A DNA stretch of 42,820 bases. Source: Welwitschia mirabilis (taxonomy: Eukaryota). The notes beneath the pieces were generated by a model. The model was not told the DNA's origin, ran no database searches, and saw nothing but the letters and a program-made list of their open reading frames with translations. This document shows, in pieces, positions 24,296 to 36,575 of the stretch. Location: positions 11,305,569 to 11,348,388 of the forward strand of contig JBOZIK010000001.1 in the NCBI GenBank assembly GCA_051453625.1, written 5' to 3'. Position numbers and translations under genes: made by a program. Numbering within the stretch: the stretch's first letter is position 1; each line of letters opens with the position of its first letter.

Positions 24296-27200
24296 TCCTA
24301 CCTCTTCCCAACATATTAACTTGTCCAGGATTGACTTTTTTAACCTACTTAGCAAAGTTGGAGTTTTTTCACTTATGTCAATACCATGATTAAAATATTT
24401 TATTACAAGGATGTGTCCTAGGATTAGCAAATATTTATATTGTCTCCTTTGAATTTCAAATTTGGTTGCTTAATTTTTATGTAGTTCCTACATGTTAAAT
24501 TTGTGTAAAGATATTATCTTTATGGTTTCTCTAATTTGGCTTACTATCAACATAGTTTGCTTTGCAAAAATGAATCAATGAAACTAAGCTAGAATAACTA
24601 GTCTTCCTTCTTCTTTAACTCATAGATGGGTATTAGTGTAACATTGATACCCTTATCATTTTAGGTACCTCCAAACGTTTGAGTTTATAGGACGTTTTTT
24701 TGTTAGCCTTACATAATGGTTGATGTCCAAAAGAATAGCATTTCATAGGCTTATGAGTGAAGTTTTTGTAAAAGATTTGTATTATTGTTGATGGAGCTAA
24801 TTTTAGTATATCAATGATATAGTATAAAAATGAATTTAATTTTTAAATATTTTCCTTTTTCTATAAAGTTTTAAAAACTTATATTGAACAATTGATCGAC
24901 TTCTAATCAAGATGCTTGTTATGTTCCTTTCCCTCCAAATTTGCTATTGCAAAATCAATAGTAGTCCCCTTGTATGAATTAAGATATCAACTTTTCAAAA
25001 TCCGTTACACATTATTTTCATGTCTGCGCTTGTCATTCCTATCTACATATCTTTACTTCCATATCTTTACTGCTTAAGTCTTCTTGGTTCTTCCTATGTG
25101 ATTGGATAAAAGAGCAAATTCCTGATGAAAATTTTCTTTTCCTACCTTTTTTTTTGTTAACATTTTCCTGAAGTCATTCTCAAAATGACAAGTTGTAAAA
25201 AGAAAAATGTGCAACAAGGTCATAATTATATAGGCCTCCACATGGTCATTCTCATTAGCGATATGCTTTTAATAAAAAAACCAGCAGGAAACATATGGTT
25301 TTCTCTAAATCAAGAAACAAAAACCAGTAAGAAATTCAAGTCGGATGCTTATGACTATGCCTCCAAAAACAAATTCTTTTATAGAATTCCAAAGGAATTT
25401 TATGAAGAGGGACCAAGAAAATTGATTCAAAGCTAATGGTTAAATACAGATGTACAATCTACATAGGAAAGAACAATTATGAAAGCAATTGTAAAAACGT
25501 TATCAAATATAAATTAGAAAATGCATACATTGGCAAATGGTAAAACCACTTCTTCAAAGAATAATTAATAGAATAAAGATTATTAAGGATCAAACCTCTG
25601 CAGAAAATCCTAAGAAAATAACATTTAATTTAATGTATACTCAATAAATCAAGTACTCGGCGTTTTTCAGAAATGCTTAATGCCATCACATAAAACACTT
25701 CTCAAACATTCTCAAAGAAAAGCGTAAAAGACACACAACTTTTCTGTCAGAAAGAAACACTTAAATGTTATCCTAGCACTCAATTTTTTTTGGAGAATTA
25801 AAACAATAGGATCCAAAGGACTGTTGTTAATTATGTTACACCTTAAATGTAAATATTGTTGAATTTNNNNNNNNNNNNNNNNNNNNNNNNNNNNNNNNNN
25901 NNNNNNNNNNNNNNNNNNNNNNNNNNNNNNNNNNNNNNNNNNNNNNNNNNNNNNNNNNNNNNNNNNNNNNNNNNNNNNNNNNNNNNNNNNNNNNNNNNNN
26001 NNNNNNNNNNNNNNNNNNNNNNNNNNNNNNNNNNNNNNNNNNNNNNNNNNNNNNNNNNNNNNNNNNNNNNNNNNNNNNNNNNNNNNNNNNNNNNNNNNNN
26101 NNNNNNNNNNNNNNNNNNNNNNNNNNNNNNNNNNNNNNNNNNNNNNNNNNNNNNNNNNNNNNNNNNNNNNNNNNNNNNNNNNNNNNNNNNNNNNNNNNNN
26201 NNNNNNNNNNNNNNNNNNNNNNNNNNNNNNNNNNNNNNNNNNNNNNNNNNNNNNNNNNNNNNNNNNNNNNNNNNNNNNNNNNNNNNNNNNNNNNNNNNNN
26301 NNNNNNNNNNNNNNNNNNNNNNNNNNNNNNNNNNNNNNNTCTATCTATATATGCAATGTAAATTTCTTTGGTAACAATTTTAGTTGAGAGAGGAGATCTG
26401 AATTCCTTCGTACATAAAATCCTTTAAATAGCTGAGCATTTTCTAATGATCCCTGAAAAAGAAGGTCATGAAAGATTACTGTTTATTTACTCTGTCTCTG
26501 CTTGAGAATGGTATTCAGAAAAGAAATTAAAAGCCTACTGAAGTTCATTCTCTTCCTAGCCAAAAATGGCATAAAGCTCTTAAATTAATAGCTCCAAGAG
26601 AAAAGGCCAAGAAAAAGCATGCCTATCTTCAAAGATCCTGTAAAACCTTTTTATAGTTCTTAAAGAAAACAAGACAGTCATCCTCTAATAACATAAAACC
26701 TTCGGTCTTGAATGAATTGACAATAATAAGAAATCCTTTCCGTGGCATTTGCTTATTTTATAAAATAATGGAACACCCTTTTATGAAAATATCTTAAAAA
26801 GTGATTTTACAGAGTTGAAAGATCATGTTACGACAACATTCAGCTAGAACTCAAAGATATAAAGGAAGGAAATAGTAAGTAAACCGTTTCAAGCAATTAC
26901 CAATGAATGCTACCTAAATAAAGATTCAGTAATACTTAAGTAATGAACGTAAATAAAAACTAAAGTGGTTCAAGTAATGAGCAGTTGGTGATACCCATTT
27001 GTGTTTGTAGCTTAATTGCTGGAGGCACCAACAATACCGTGAATCACAGGTTTGACACAACTGCTCAGCTTCCAGTGGGGTGCCATAAACTATATACCCT
27101 TTTTACATCTGTTAATGTAAGCTCCAGAATTTCACTAGTTTGCAAACATGTTGTAATTTAATTAATTTTATACTTTACTAACTTGCTGAACAGATATGCA

Positions 27201-27504
27201 TGACATAGGCAGCTTCAGTATGTTAATATATAGCATCCTGACAACTTCTGAAGGAGAGCCAACCAATAAAAGATGTTTTCATGGTAAAAAGATACAATAA
27301 GCTCAAATATAATTTCCTTTTTCTGCAACAAAAGTTATATTGCAAGCCAATAACTACAGAACAATCGCCTCTGATTAGATTGGTAAAGAAAGAATGCAAA
27401 CAAATGAATCATTTTGCTTTAACGTATGTCTATCCGTTACATAGTTTATCAGGTATCATAAAGATCAACCTTTGCTGTGTTACGCATGGGAAGGAAGGAA
27501 GATA

Positions 27505-27803
27505 CTAGGCATGTTCATTACTATTGTGATAAACTTCATTGACTTCTTGACTTGTATCATCCTCTAATTTTGCTTGAACTAAATTTGAAGAACTACCTGC
27601 TGCAGGTTGACTTATACCCAGAAAACCTATGAGCACTGCAGTACCTCCTATGTAGTCCAACAAATGAGGCATGCTTCCCATCACAGAATCAATTAGAGCC
27701 GCCAAAGGAATCTGAATATTTAGACCAGCTGTTGCTACTGTCGGTGTTGTCAAGAGTACAGCTTTTGCCCATAAATAATCACTAAGTACGTTATCTAGCA
27801 GAC
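27505..27803 (-). CDS. Last coding exon of an EamA/DMT-superfamily transporter (SLC35F5/THI74-like)
   Basis: Acceptor TTTTCACAG| before 27803 (phase 1); translates (G)LLDNVLSDYLWAKAVLLTTPTVATAGLNIQIPLAALIDS...DYIGGTAVLIGFLGI...*, the conserved C-terminal TM helices of this family; no disruptions. Confidence 0.92.
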
Positions 27804-28387
27804 CTGTGAAAATTTCAAATCAATTTTCAATCAAACAACATTTCATATGATTTAAGTAACCAAAATCCCTTAACAAAATTGACTTACGTGCATGTGTGCA
27901 AATTAATTTAAAGTGCATGTCTACAACACAATACAGGTATAATTAAACAATATTTGCCTTCATTAATTTATTAAATGTTCAACAGAGAGTCGCAGAGCCT
28001 GAGACTTTATAACAGATCACATGGAAAAACATTAGCAAGGTACCTGAGCAAGACTAGTCATTTCAATTTCGTTGTTAGCTACTAACTCTAAACAATAGCA
28101 TACTGCATTGCCTCCGAACCAATGAGTAAAATGTTGGCAAATTAAAATGTCACTAGGCTCAAAAAGTCATGTCAGGGAGACATGTCACCATTGTCTCGGC
28201 AATATGTCGGCGCAAAATGTCGACAATTGTTTTTCTCAAAAAAATGCAAAGCTTATTAATTTAATAAGATGTGCAATCAATCAATGCNNNNNNNNNNNNN
28301 NNNNNNNNNNNNNNNNNNNNNNNNNNNNNNNNNNNNNNNNNNNNNNNNNNNNNNNNNNNNNNNNNNNNNNNNNNNNNNNNNNNNNNN

Positions 28388-28930
28388 AAAAAATCAATTG
28401 ATTATCTAGGACATGTAATATCAAAAGAGGGCATTCAAACAAACTGAAGCAAGGTGCAAGTAGTAAGAGATTGGCCTAAAACAATGACACCAACAGAAGT
28501 AAAGAGCTTCCTAGGACTTGCAGGATTTCCCAATGACCGATTTGACAAAAAAGATAACACCATTCCACTTTAATAACAAGTGCACAAAAGCTTTTCTTCA
28601 GATCAAGCAGTCGTTGACTTCTGTCCTAATACTAAAAATTCCTGATATGGATAAGGGGTTTTTAGTAGTTACTAATGCCTATGGAGAAGGAATTGCTGCA
28701 GTACTGATGCAAGAAGGATGAGTAATTGCATGCGGGTCATGGAAACTCAGCAAACATAAGTGCAATTACCTTGTACACGACCTAAAATTGCTAGTCATCA
28801 TCCATGCCTTAAAAGTATGCAGACACTCTCTCCTAAGAGGTAAGCTTCAATTAAATACTAGTCACAAAAGTTTGGAATTCTTGTAGAAATAACCCCTCCT
28901 AAATATGAGATAGCGACAATGGGTGCAACT
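28388..28930 (+). pseudogene. Ty3/gypsy pol, RT end and RNase H (5' part, before the hAT insertion)
   Basis: YLGHVISKEGI, KVQVVRDWP, EVKSFLGLAG, GIAAVLMQEG, HDLKLLVIIHALK, HKSL; ends ...RQWVQL at the insertion site. Confidence 0.9.
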
Positions 28931-31900
28931 CAATGATTAATCTGGCAACAACTAAACACCGCCAGGGCGCTTAGTCACCCCGATTCTTTAGCGCCGACTT
29001 TCTTTTGAGTTGGTGCGAGTTTTTCAAGTGACTGTTGCAGATTAGTCACTACTTTCACAATTGGCAACTAAACACACTGAGGAGCAAAATGTTTTTCAGA
29101 AAGTCTCTTGTGTCAATCACCGTTACTTATAAAAGTCAATGTTTCTCACATTCTCTCAGTTTCGCGCTCACAGACAATAGAACAGAGAAGTAAGAAAAGA
29201 AAAACGAATGGACTTCACATGCAGGCACCAAGGGTCTGACTTCTGAAGCATATAAAAACGAACTCGCAGTGATGCAGAACAACAAAGGAGGACAGATAGA
29301 TAGAAGATAAGAAGAAGCAAGTGCCAGCGCAAAGAGGCAAAGAGGAAGGCAAGAAGCAGTGAAGCACAGAACAAAACAAGCGCGTCTATGACTGCACAAT
29401 AGAGTCAGAGACAAGGCAAGCTCAAGTGAATTCTTTTGCAATGCAGGCATTAACAATGCATCCTTTTTTCCGCTAACAGAAGCCTTATCAGCCTAGCATT
29501 CAGCCATTCACAAACGATCAGTCAATCACTATATGTTTTAGTATACAGTATACGTTGATAAACTATATGTGGCAACAACATCATCAAAATATATGAGAAA
29601 CCTAGAAAAGCAAGGAGATTTGTGGTTTGGTGTCATTTCTGCTCTTTGAACAATTTTGTTCACTCCATTTAGTCCATTGCCATTTTGGCATTTTCTCAAA
29701 TTATGGTTGTCTATACAGGGTATAGTAGACACCGAGCTCTGCAGTTTGCGGTTCCATGAGTTCCAATTTTCCATTAGTGTGAACATGAAACTTCTATCAA
29801 TTTTTCTAAATTTTGTGTTGCTAAGTGTAGTGACAACAATGTCTTGAAAGTCTGGTACTTAGTTACTTACTTGAACATCTCAATACATGATTATGATTAA
29901 TGGAAAATTTACTTAAATCTATAAGGGAAACTCCACAACCTTTCTCAAAGAGGGTAACCTTCACAGGTGTTGCTCCCATACAAGGACTATATCTTGACAC
30001 CATATCATTGGGTTTTTTCCTCTTCATCTATAATTAAAAGATGTTGTAAGTCTTTAACTGAATTGTCCACGTTGACCTTTTCAGCTTCTATGCTTTTGCT
30101 AATTGCTTTGATACCATGTAAGTGTCTTATCACTTATGTATTTAATATTTACAAACTAGACACTAAAGAAAATAATCAAAATACAAAGGAGTAAAAAAGA
30201 TAAAGGAATTATAGGAATACAAATTTGTATACTAGATTTNNNNNNNNNNNNNNNNNNNNNNNNNNNNNNNNNNNNNNNNNNNNNNNNNNNNNNNNNNNNN
30301 NNNNNNNNNNNNNNNNNNNNNNNNNNNNNNNNNNNNNNNNNNNNNNNNNNNNNNNNNNNNNNNNNNNNNNNNNNNNNNNNNNNNNNNNNNNNNNNNNNNN
30401 NNNNNNNNNNNNNNNNNNNNNNNNNNNNNNNNNNNNNNNNNNNNNNNNNNNNNNNNNNNNNNNNNNNNNNNNNNNNNNNNNNNNNNNNNNNNNNNNNNNN
30501 NNNNNNNNNNNNNNNNNNNNNNNNNNNNNNNNNNNNNNNNNNNNNNNNNNNNNNNNNNNNNNNNNNNNNNNNNNNNNNNNNNNNNNNNNNNNNNNNNNNN
30601 NNNNNNNNNNNNNNNNNNNNNNNNNNNNNNNNNNNNNNNNNNNNNNNNNNNNNNNNNNNNNNNNNNNNNNNNNNNNNNNNNNNNNNNNNNNNNNNNNNNN
30701 NNNNNNNNNNNNNNNNNNNNNNNNNNNNNNNNNNNNNNNNNNNNNNNNNNNNNNNNNNNNNNNNNNNNNNNNNNNNNNNNNNNNNNNNNNNNNNNNNNNN
30801 NNNNNNNNNNNNNNNNNNNNNNNNNNNNNNNNNNNNNNNNNNNNNNNNNNNNNNNNNNNNNNNNNNNNNNNNNNNNNNNNNNNNNNNNNNNNNNNNNNNN
30901 NNNNNNNNNNNNNNNNNNNNNNNNNNNNNNNNNNNNNNNNNNNNNNNNNNNNNNNNNNNNNNNNNNNNNNNNNNNNNNNNNNNNNNNNNNNNNNNNNNNN
31001 NNNNNNNNNNNNNNNNNNNNNNNNNNNNNNNAAGATAAAGGAATTATAGGAATACAAATTTGTATACTAGATTTTTTACTTTTTACTCCTAGAGGAATTA
31101 TAGGATTAAAAAAATACAGTCTTATCATTTTCCTCATCTCTCTCTTTTTTTAGTCTTATCATTTGCTCCTTCTTCTCCTAATCTCCTCCTTCTTCTACTC
31201 CTCTTCCTTACCATTCTTTCTCCACTTCAAGTACCAAGATCTCAAAAAGCATGGATATGAAATCTTTAGAATCAAATGAAAAGATTTCTAAGAAACAAAA
31301 GAATATATTTATAAAGAAAAAGAAAATTAACAAGAAGCTTGAATGTTTAATATCTCACAAACGTTCCACCAATTAGCACATCTCCTTTACTTCATTTTAT
31401 ATTTTCTCTTTATGAGTGTTTAGAAATACCTTGCATTGTTTTGCACTTTTCCTTTTCATATGCATGCACCTTGATGTAATGGTTCCCTAGCTTTAATGAA
31501 ATGACTTCATGTTTCTTGGATTACTATACAACATTTGCTTTCTTATTCGATATGCAAAAAAACTCACTTGCTTTCATGGTTCTTTTTTGTAGTGATTCAA
31601 CAATGCCAAGGAGGGATCCAGCATGGCAACATTGTACCCAACCAGATCCTACAAATTCGGATGTGCTAAAATGCAATTACTATCAGGTCACATATCATGG
31701 AGGTGTAAACAGCATGAAATATCGTATTGCTCAATTACCAGGTCATGATGTTGTGCCTTTCCTTAACTTACCTAGCCTTTCTGTGACGGAAGAAATGAGA
31801 ACCTATTTAAACCGAAGAGAAGAGAGAAAGATAAAAAAGGCAAAACTTGTTGATCTTCTAGCAGAAAGGCAAATGGAGAAAGCAAGCTCTAGTACTGTAA

Positions 31901-34900
31901 GTGAGCACAAAACCTCTATGTCTGAAGTTAGACAGAGAACAGTTAATGGTTGGGAGCGTATGGCTACAAATACAGAGGAACATGCTTCTTCTAGCCCTAC
32001 TGATGTTGATAGTGATGCCTAGGCCCAACATCAGAGTGGCTGCACTTCTCCACTTTCTAGTCCTACATTTGGCTCATCTGCACATGGATTAGAGTCTCAT
32101 TTTCGACCTATTTGAGGCAGGTTTGTGGATTTGTTACCTCCACGTCATGGTCCTGACACTTAGCAAACAATCGAGACGAGCATGCGTGCTAAGGAGGATG
32201 TTATCAGGAGAGCATGCAAGGTACTTGCATAGTTTTGGTATTCACAAGGTTNNNNNNNNNNNNNNNNNNNNNNNNNNNNNNNNNNNNNNNNNNNNNNNNN
32301 NNNNNNNNNNNNNNNNNNNNNNNNNNNNNNNNNNNNNNNNNNNNNNNNNNNNNNNNNNNNNNNNNNNNNNNNNNNNNNNNNNNNNNNNNNNNNNNNNNNN
32401 NNNNNNNNNNNNNNNNNNNNNNNNNNNNNNNNNNNNNNNNNNNNNNNNNNNNNNNNNNNNNNNNNNNNNNNNNNNNNNNNNNNNNNNNNNNNNNNNNNNN
32501 NNNNNNNNNNNNNNNNNNNNNNNNNNNNNNNNNNNNNNNNNNNNNNNNNNNNNNNNNNNNNNNNNNNNNNNNNNNNNNNNNNNNNNNNNNNNNNNNNNNN
32601 NNNNNNNNNNNNNNNNNNNNNNNNNNNNNNNNNNNNNNNNNNNNNNNNNNNNNNNNNNNNNNNNNNNNNNNNNNNNNNNNNNNNNNNNNNNNNNNNNNNN
32701 NNNNNNNNNNNNNNNNNNNNNNNNNNNNNNNNNNNNNNNNNNNNNNNNNNNNNNNNNNNNNNNNNNNNNNNNNNNNNNNNNNNNNNNNNNNNNNNNNNNN
32801 NNNNNNNNNNNNNNNNNNNNNNNNNNNNNNNNNNNNNNNNNNNNNNNNNNNNNNNNNNNNNNNNNNNNNNNNNNNNNNNNNNNNNNNNNNNNNNNNNNNN
32901 NNNNNNNNNNNNNNNNNNNNNNNNNNNNNNNNNNNNNNNNNNNNNNNNNNNNNNNNNNNNNNNNNNNNNNNNNNNNNNNNNNNNNNNNNNNNNNNNNNNN
33001 NNNNNNNNNNNNNNNNNNNNNNNNNNNNNNNNNNNNNNNNNNNNNNNNNNNNNNNNNNNNNNNNNNNNNNNNNNNNNNNNNNNNNNNNNNNNNNNNNNNN
33101 NNNNNNNNNNNNNNNNNNNNNNNNNNNNNNNNNNNNNNNNNNNNNNNNNNNNNNNNNNNNNNNNNNNNGCTGGACTGATAGAGGAGATAGAAGTCTTATC
33201 AATTTTTTAATTGCCTCAGTTTCAGAAACAATGTTTTTGAAGTCAATCGATGCATCAGACAACATTAGAAATGCAGAGTCTCTATTTGATCAGTTCAAAG
33301 AGGTGATTGAGGAAGTGAGGCCTAGCAAGGTTGTCCAGGTAAATAGCAATCTAAATAGCAATGTATTTATTATGCTTGTATTTTTAGTTTTTTTTGTTAA
33401 TGATCAATATTTCTTCTGTNNNNNNNNNNNNNNNNNNNNNNNNNNNNNNNNNNNNGCAACAAGTAGGTTACTAATGCATCATTATCTATACTTGTACTGG
33501 ACTCCTTGTGCAACAAACTGCATTGACCTTCTTTTAGAAGACCTTGCAAAGCTACCTTGGATTAAGAAGGTAACTAACCAACTACTTTTGATATTGAGAT
33601 GCAATGTAATGCACTTATGCTTTACATTTTTTGTTTTTTTTTTAATGGTGAAATTGAGGACTAAGAAATTGTCTTTGACTGCTCTTTAGGTGTACGAAGG
33701 GCANNNNNNNNNNNNNNNNNNNNNNNNNNNNNNNNNNNNNNNNNNNNNNNNNNNNNNNNNNNNNNNNNNNNNNNNNNNNNNNNNNNNNNNNNNNNNNNNN
33801 NNNNNNNNNNNNNNNNNNNNNNNNNNNNNNNNNNNNNNNNNNNNNNNNNNNNNNNNNNNNNNNNNNNNNNNNNNNNNNNNNNNNNNNNNNNNNNNNNNNN
33901 NNNNNNNNNNNNNNNNNNNNNNNNNNNNNNNNNNNNNNNNNNNNNNNNNNNNNNNNNNNNNNNNNNNNNNNNNNNNNNNNNNNNNNNNNNNNNNNNNNNN
34001 NNNNNNNNNNNNNNNNNNNNNNNNNNNNNNNNNNNNNNNNNNNNNNNNNNNNNNNNNNNNNNNNNNNNNNNNNNNNNNNNNNNNNNNNNNNNNNNNNNNN
34101 NNNNNNNNNNNNNNNNNNNNNNNNNNNNNNNNNNNNNNNNNNNNNNNNNNNNNNNNNNNNNNNNNNNNNNNNNNNNNNNNNNNNNNNNNNNNNNNNNNNN
34201 NNNNNNNNNNNNNNNNNNNNNNNNNNNNNNNNNNNNNNNNNNNNNNNNNNNNNNNNNNNNNNNNNNNNNNNNNNNNNNNNNNNNNNNNNNNNNNNNNNNN
34301 NNNNNNNNNNNNNNNNNNNNNNNNNNNNNNNNNNNNNNNNNNNNNNNNNNNNNNNNNNNNNNNNNNNNNNNNNNNNNNNNNNNNNNNNNNNNNNNNNNNN
34401 NNNNNNNNNNNNNNNNNNNNNNNNNNNNNNNNNNNNNNNNNNNCGGATGACAAAAATTGTTTATGATTGTGTTGAAGCCGCAGGAAAATTTTGGTATGAG
34501 GTCAAGAATGTTATACAGGTAAGAAGCATTGTTTTCATATTCACAAATGTGAAATATTATATGTCATCTTTTGCATTCTGATTATTCTTTTCAAATGAAA
34601 TATTCAATGATTGCATATCTAACCTTGGACAATTTGTAGATGATACAATCATTAGTTTTTGTTCTTCGGAAGGTAGATGGGAAGAGACCATATCTTGCAT
34701 ATGTATATGAGGTAATGTGCAGAGCCAAGGAGGCCATTCATTGCTATCTTACATAGAATGGTCTTCTTAATAGATTTTCAAGCATTTCTATAGGAATTAA
34801 TGAGAGGTAAGAATCAAATTTTTACTATAGTTGTACGTGATACTTGAGACTTAAGAGTTTCATTTATGTCTTATGGGTTATGAGTTATGAACTTATGATT

Positions 34901-36575
34901 ATTTTTATCTTAATTGTAATTTGATTATATTTTGGATTTTTATACTGTAGATGGGAAAATCAAATGCACAGTGATTTGCATATTGTTGTACATATATTGA
35001 ATCCTCAGTTTAGGTTTAGAAGGGATTTTAATACTACATATAAGGATGTACATTTGAAAGTGCAACTTGAAAATGTTCCAGATAGATTGGTGCTAGACCT
35101 AGTTAAGAGAGGTCAAGTGGCAAAAGAATTAGACATGTATAGGAAAAAGATGAATATGAACTTTGGAGGCCTATTGCAGAGATAATGAAATTTGACATGA
35201 AGCTAGGTGAAATAGGTTTTTTAATTGAATTTAATTTCTATGTTTTAAAACTTTGATTACTTGTTTTTTAAAAATATCATGTAAATAACTTCATCCTTCA
35301 TTTCTACAGAGGATTGGTGGAATAACTATGGCTTGGACACATTGGCTTTGAAAGAGATTGCCATTTGTATTGTTTCACAACCATGTAGCGCTTTTGGTAT
35401 TCCTTTTAACTCTAAGCTTGTAATTGATATTTTTATGGTCTCATCTTTTTGGAAACTTAATGAATGCTTATTGATTATTAAAATTTGGTGGTACCTCTTC
35501 TTTTATAGGTTGTAAGCGTAACTGGAGTGTCTTTGAACATATACACTCGAAGAAGTGTAATAGGCTTACAACCGAGAGGTTGAATGATTTAGTTTTTGTC
35601 CATCATAACCTCATATTTGATCTCAAGAAGTTAGCCTCAACAACTTCAGAGGCGCTAGACCTTGATGATATTCATCCATCTTTACCTTGTGCATAATGGA
35701 TTAGAGAGCGTGATGGAGATGATGATAGTTCTCGGGATGATGCCATACCTTGTAGCACTCTTGTTTGTACTCCCACTATAGACACAGGTCATGCTGAAGT
35801 TAGTGATCATTCTGATGATGATAGTGGAATCACATGCATGACGAGAACATTGCAAGTAATGCCTCTTCTGACTTAGAGTCTAGTGATGGAGATGAACCCT
35901 TGTTTAGTATGGAGGAGTTGAGCATGCCTTATATGGAAGCCGATCCAGTACTGCAGCACTTTCACAGCATTCTAATGTCTATCAACCATGGAGGAAGTTG
36001 CCAATACATAGGAACGCTAGCGAGGATTCTTTTAAGAACCCTTAGGATTTATGACTTTGCTACAAATAGATTTATATTTAGCTCTTTTTTTGTGTGTGAT
36101 TCTCGGCTTGTGGCTTTGTGGTTTGTGAAGACTGGCACAATGGAATCTTTTATTTGAGGTTAACTCTAAACCAAACATTAAAAGTATGGATATTCTCTAG
36201 ATGCATTGTACTGTTCTATTGTTCAAATGTTTCCATTTGCTTAACACATGTGTGAGATGCATACTACAGTTCTGAATTGTTCATTCATCATCCTATCTAA
36301 ACTGTGGTTTTAATTTTATGATTCAACATTTGATTGTTGTTTCGCTAAAAGTCATAGACCATGTAAACATATTGATTTAAATGTTCTTATATCATTATTA
36401 AAGGGCCAAAAGGTGTTTAGTAATGTCTTACATTATTAAAATTAGAGGGAACTAATTTTTTAATGTTTTTTCTAGAGTTGAATTTTTTGACGACTAGTCT
36501 CCGACTCGATGACTCGACCTTTTTTTTTTTGTTGAGATTGTCGACTTTTTACTTTCGCCGACTATTTAATCATTG
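28931..36575 (+). mobile_element. hAT-superfamily DNA transposon (BED + DUF659 + hATC type), ~7.6 kb including gaps
   Basis: Perfect 10-bp TIR CAATGATTAA / TTAATCATTG; 8-bp TSD GTGCAACT (28923-28930) / GTGGAACT (36576-36583); CGACT-rich subterminal repeats; internal transposase. Confidence 0.92.
31603..35900 (+). pseudogene. Multi-exon hAT transposase, degenerate
   Basis: BED finger DPAWQHC...LKCNYY...GGVNSMKYRIA; DUF659 WTD...SLINF...MFLKSIDAS and YWTPCATNCIDLLLED; LRKVDG...YEVMCRAKEAI; RWENQMHSDLH; dimerisation domain DWWNNYG...SQPCSAF|GCKRNWSVFEHIHSKKCNRL...LNDLVFVHHNL. End coordinate approximate. Confidence 0.9.

Noticed and set aside
28130..28287. ATGTC/GACA-rich motifs, echoed at 40860-40985, suggesting a DNA-transposon shell around the gypsy
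   Set aside because: I could not identify matching TIRs or a TSD, and both segments border gaps.
29136..29456. Hydrophobic - strand ORFs
   Set aside because: Reverse complement of a GA-rich low-complexity stretch in the hAT subterminal region.
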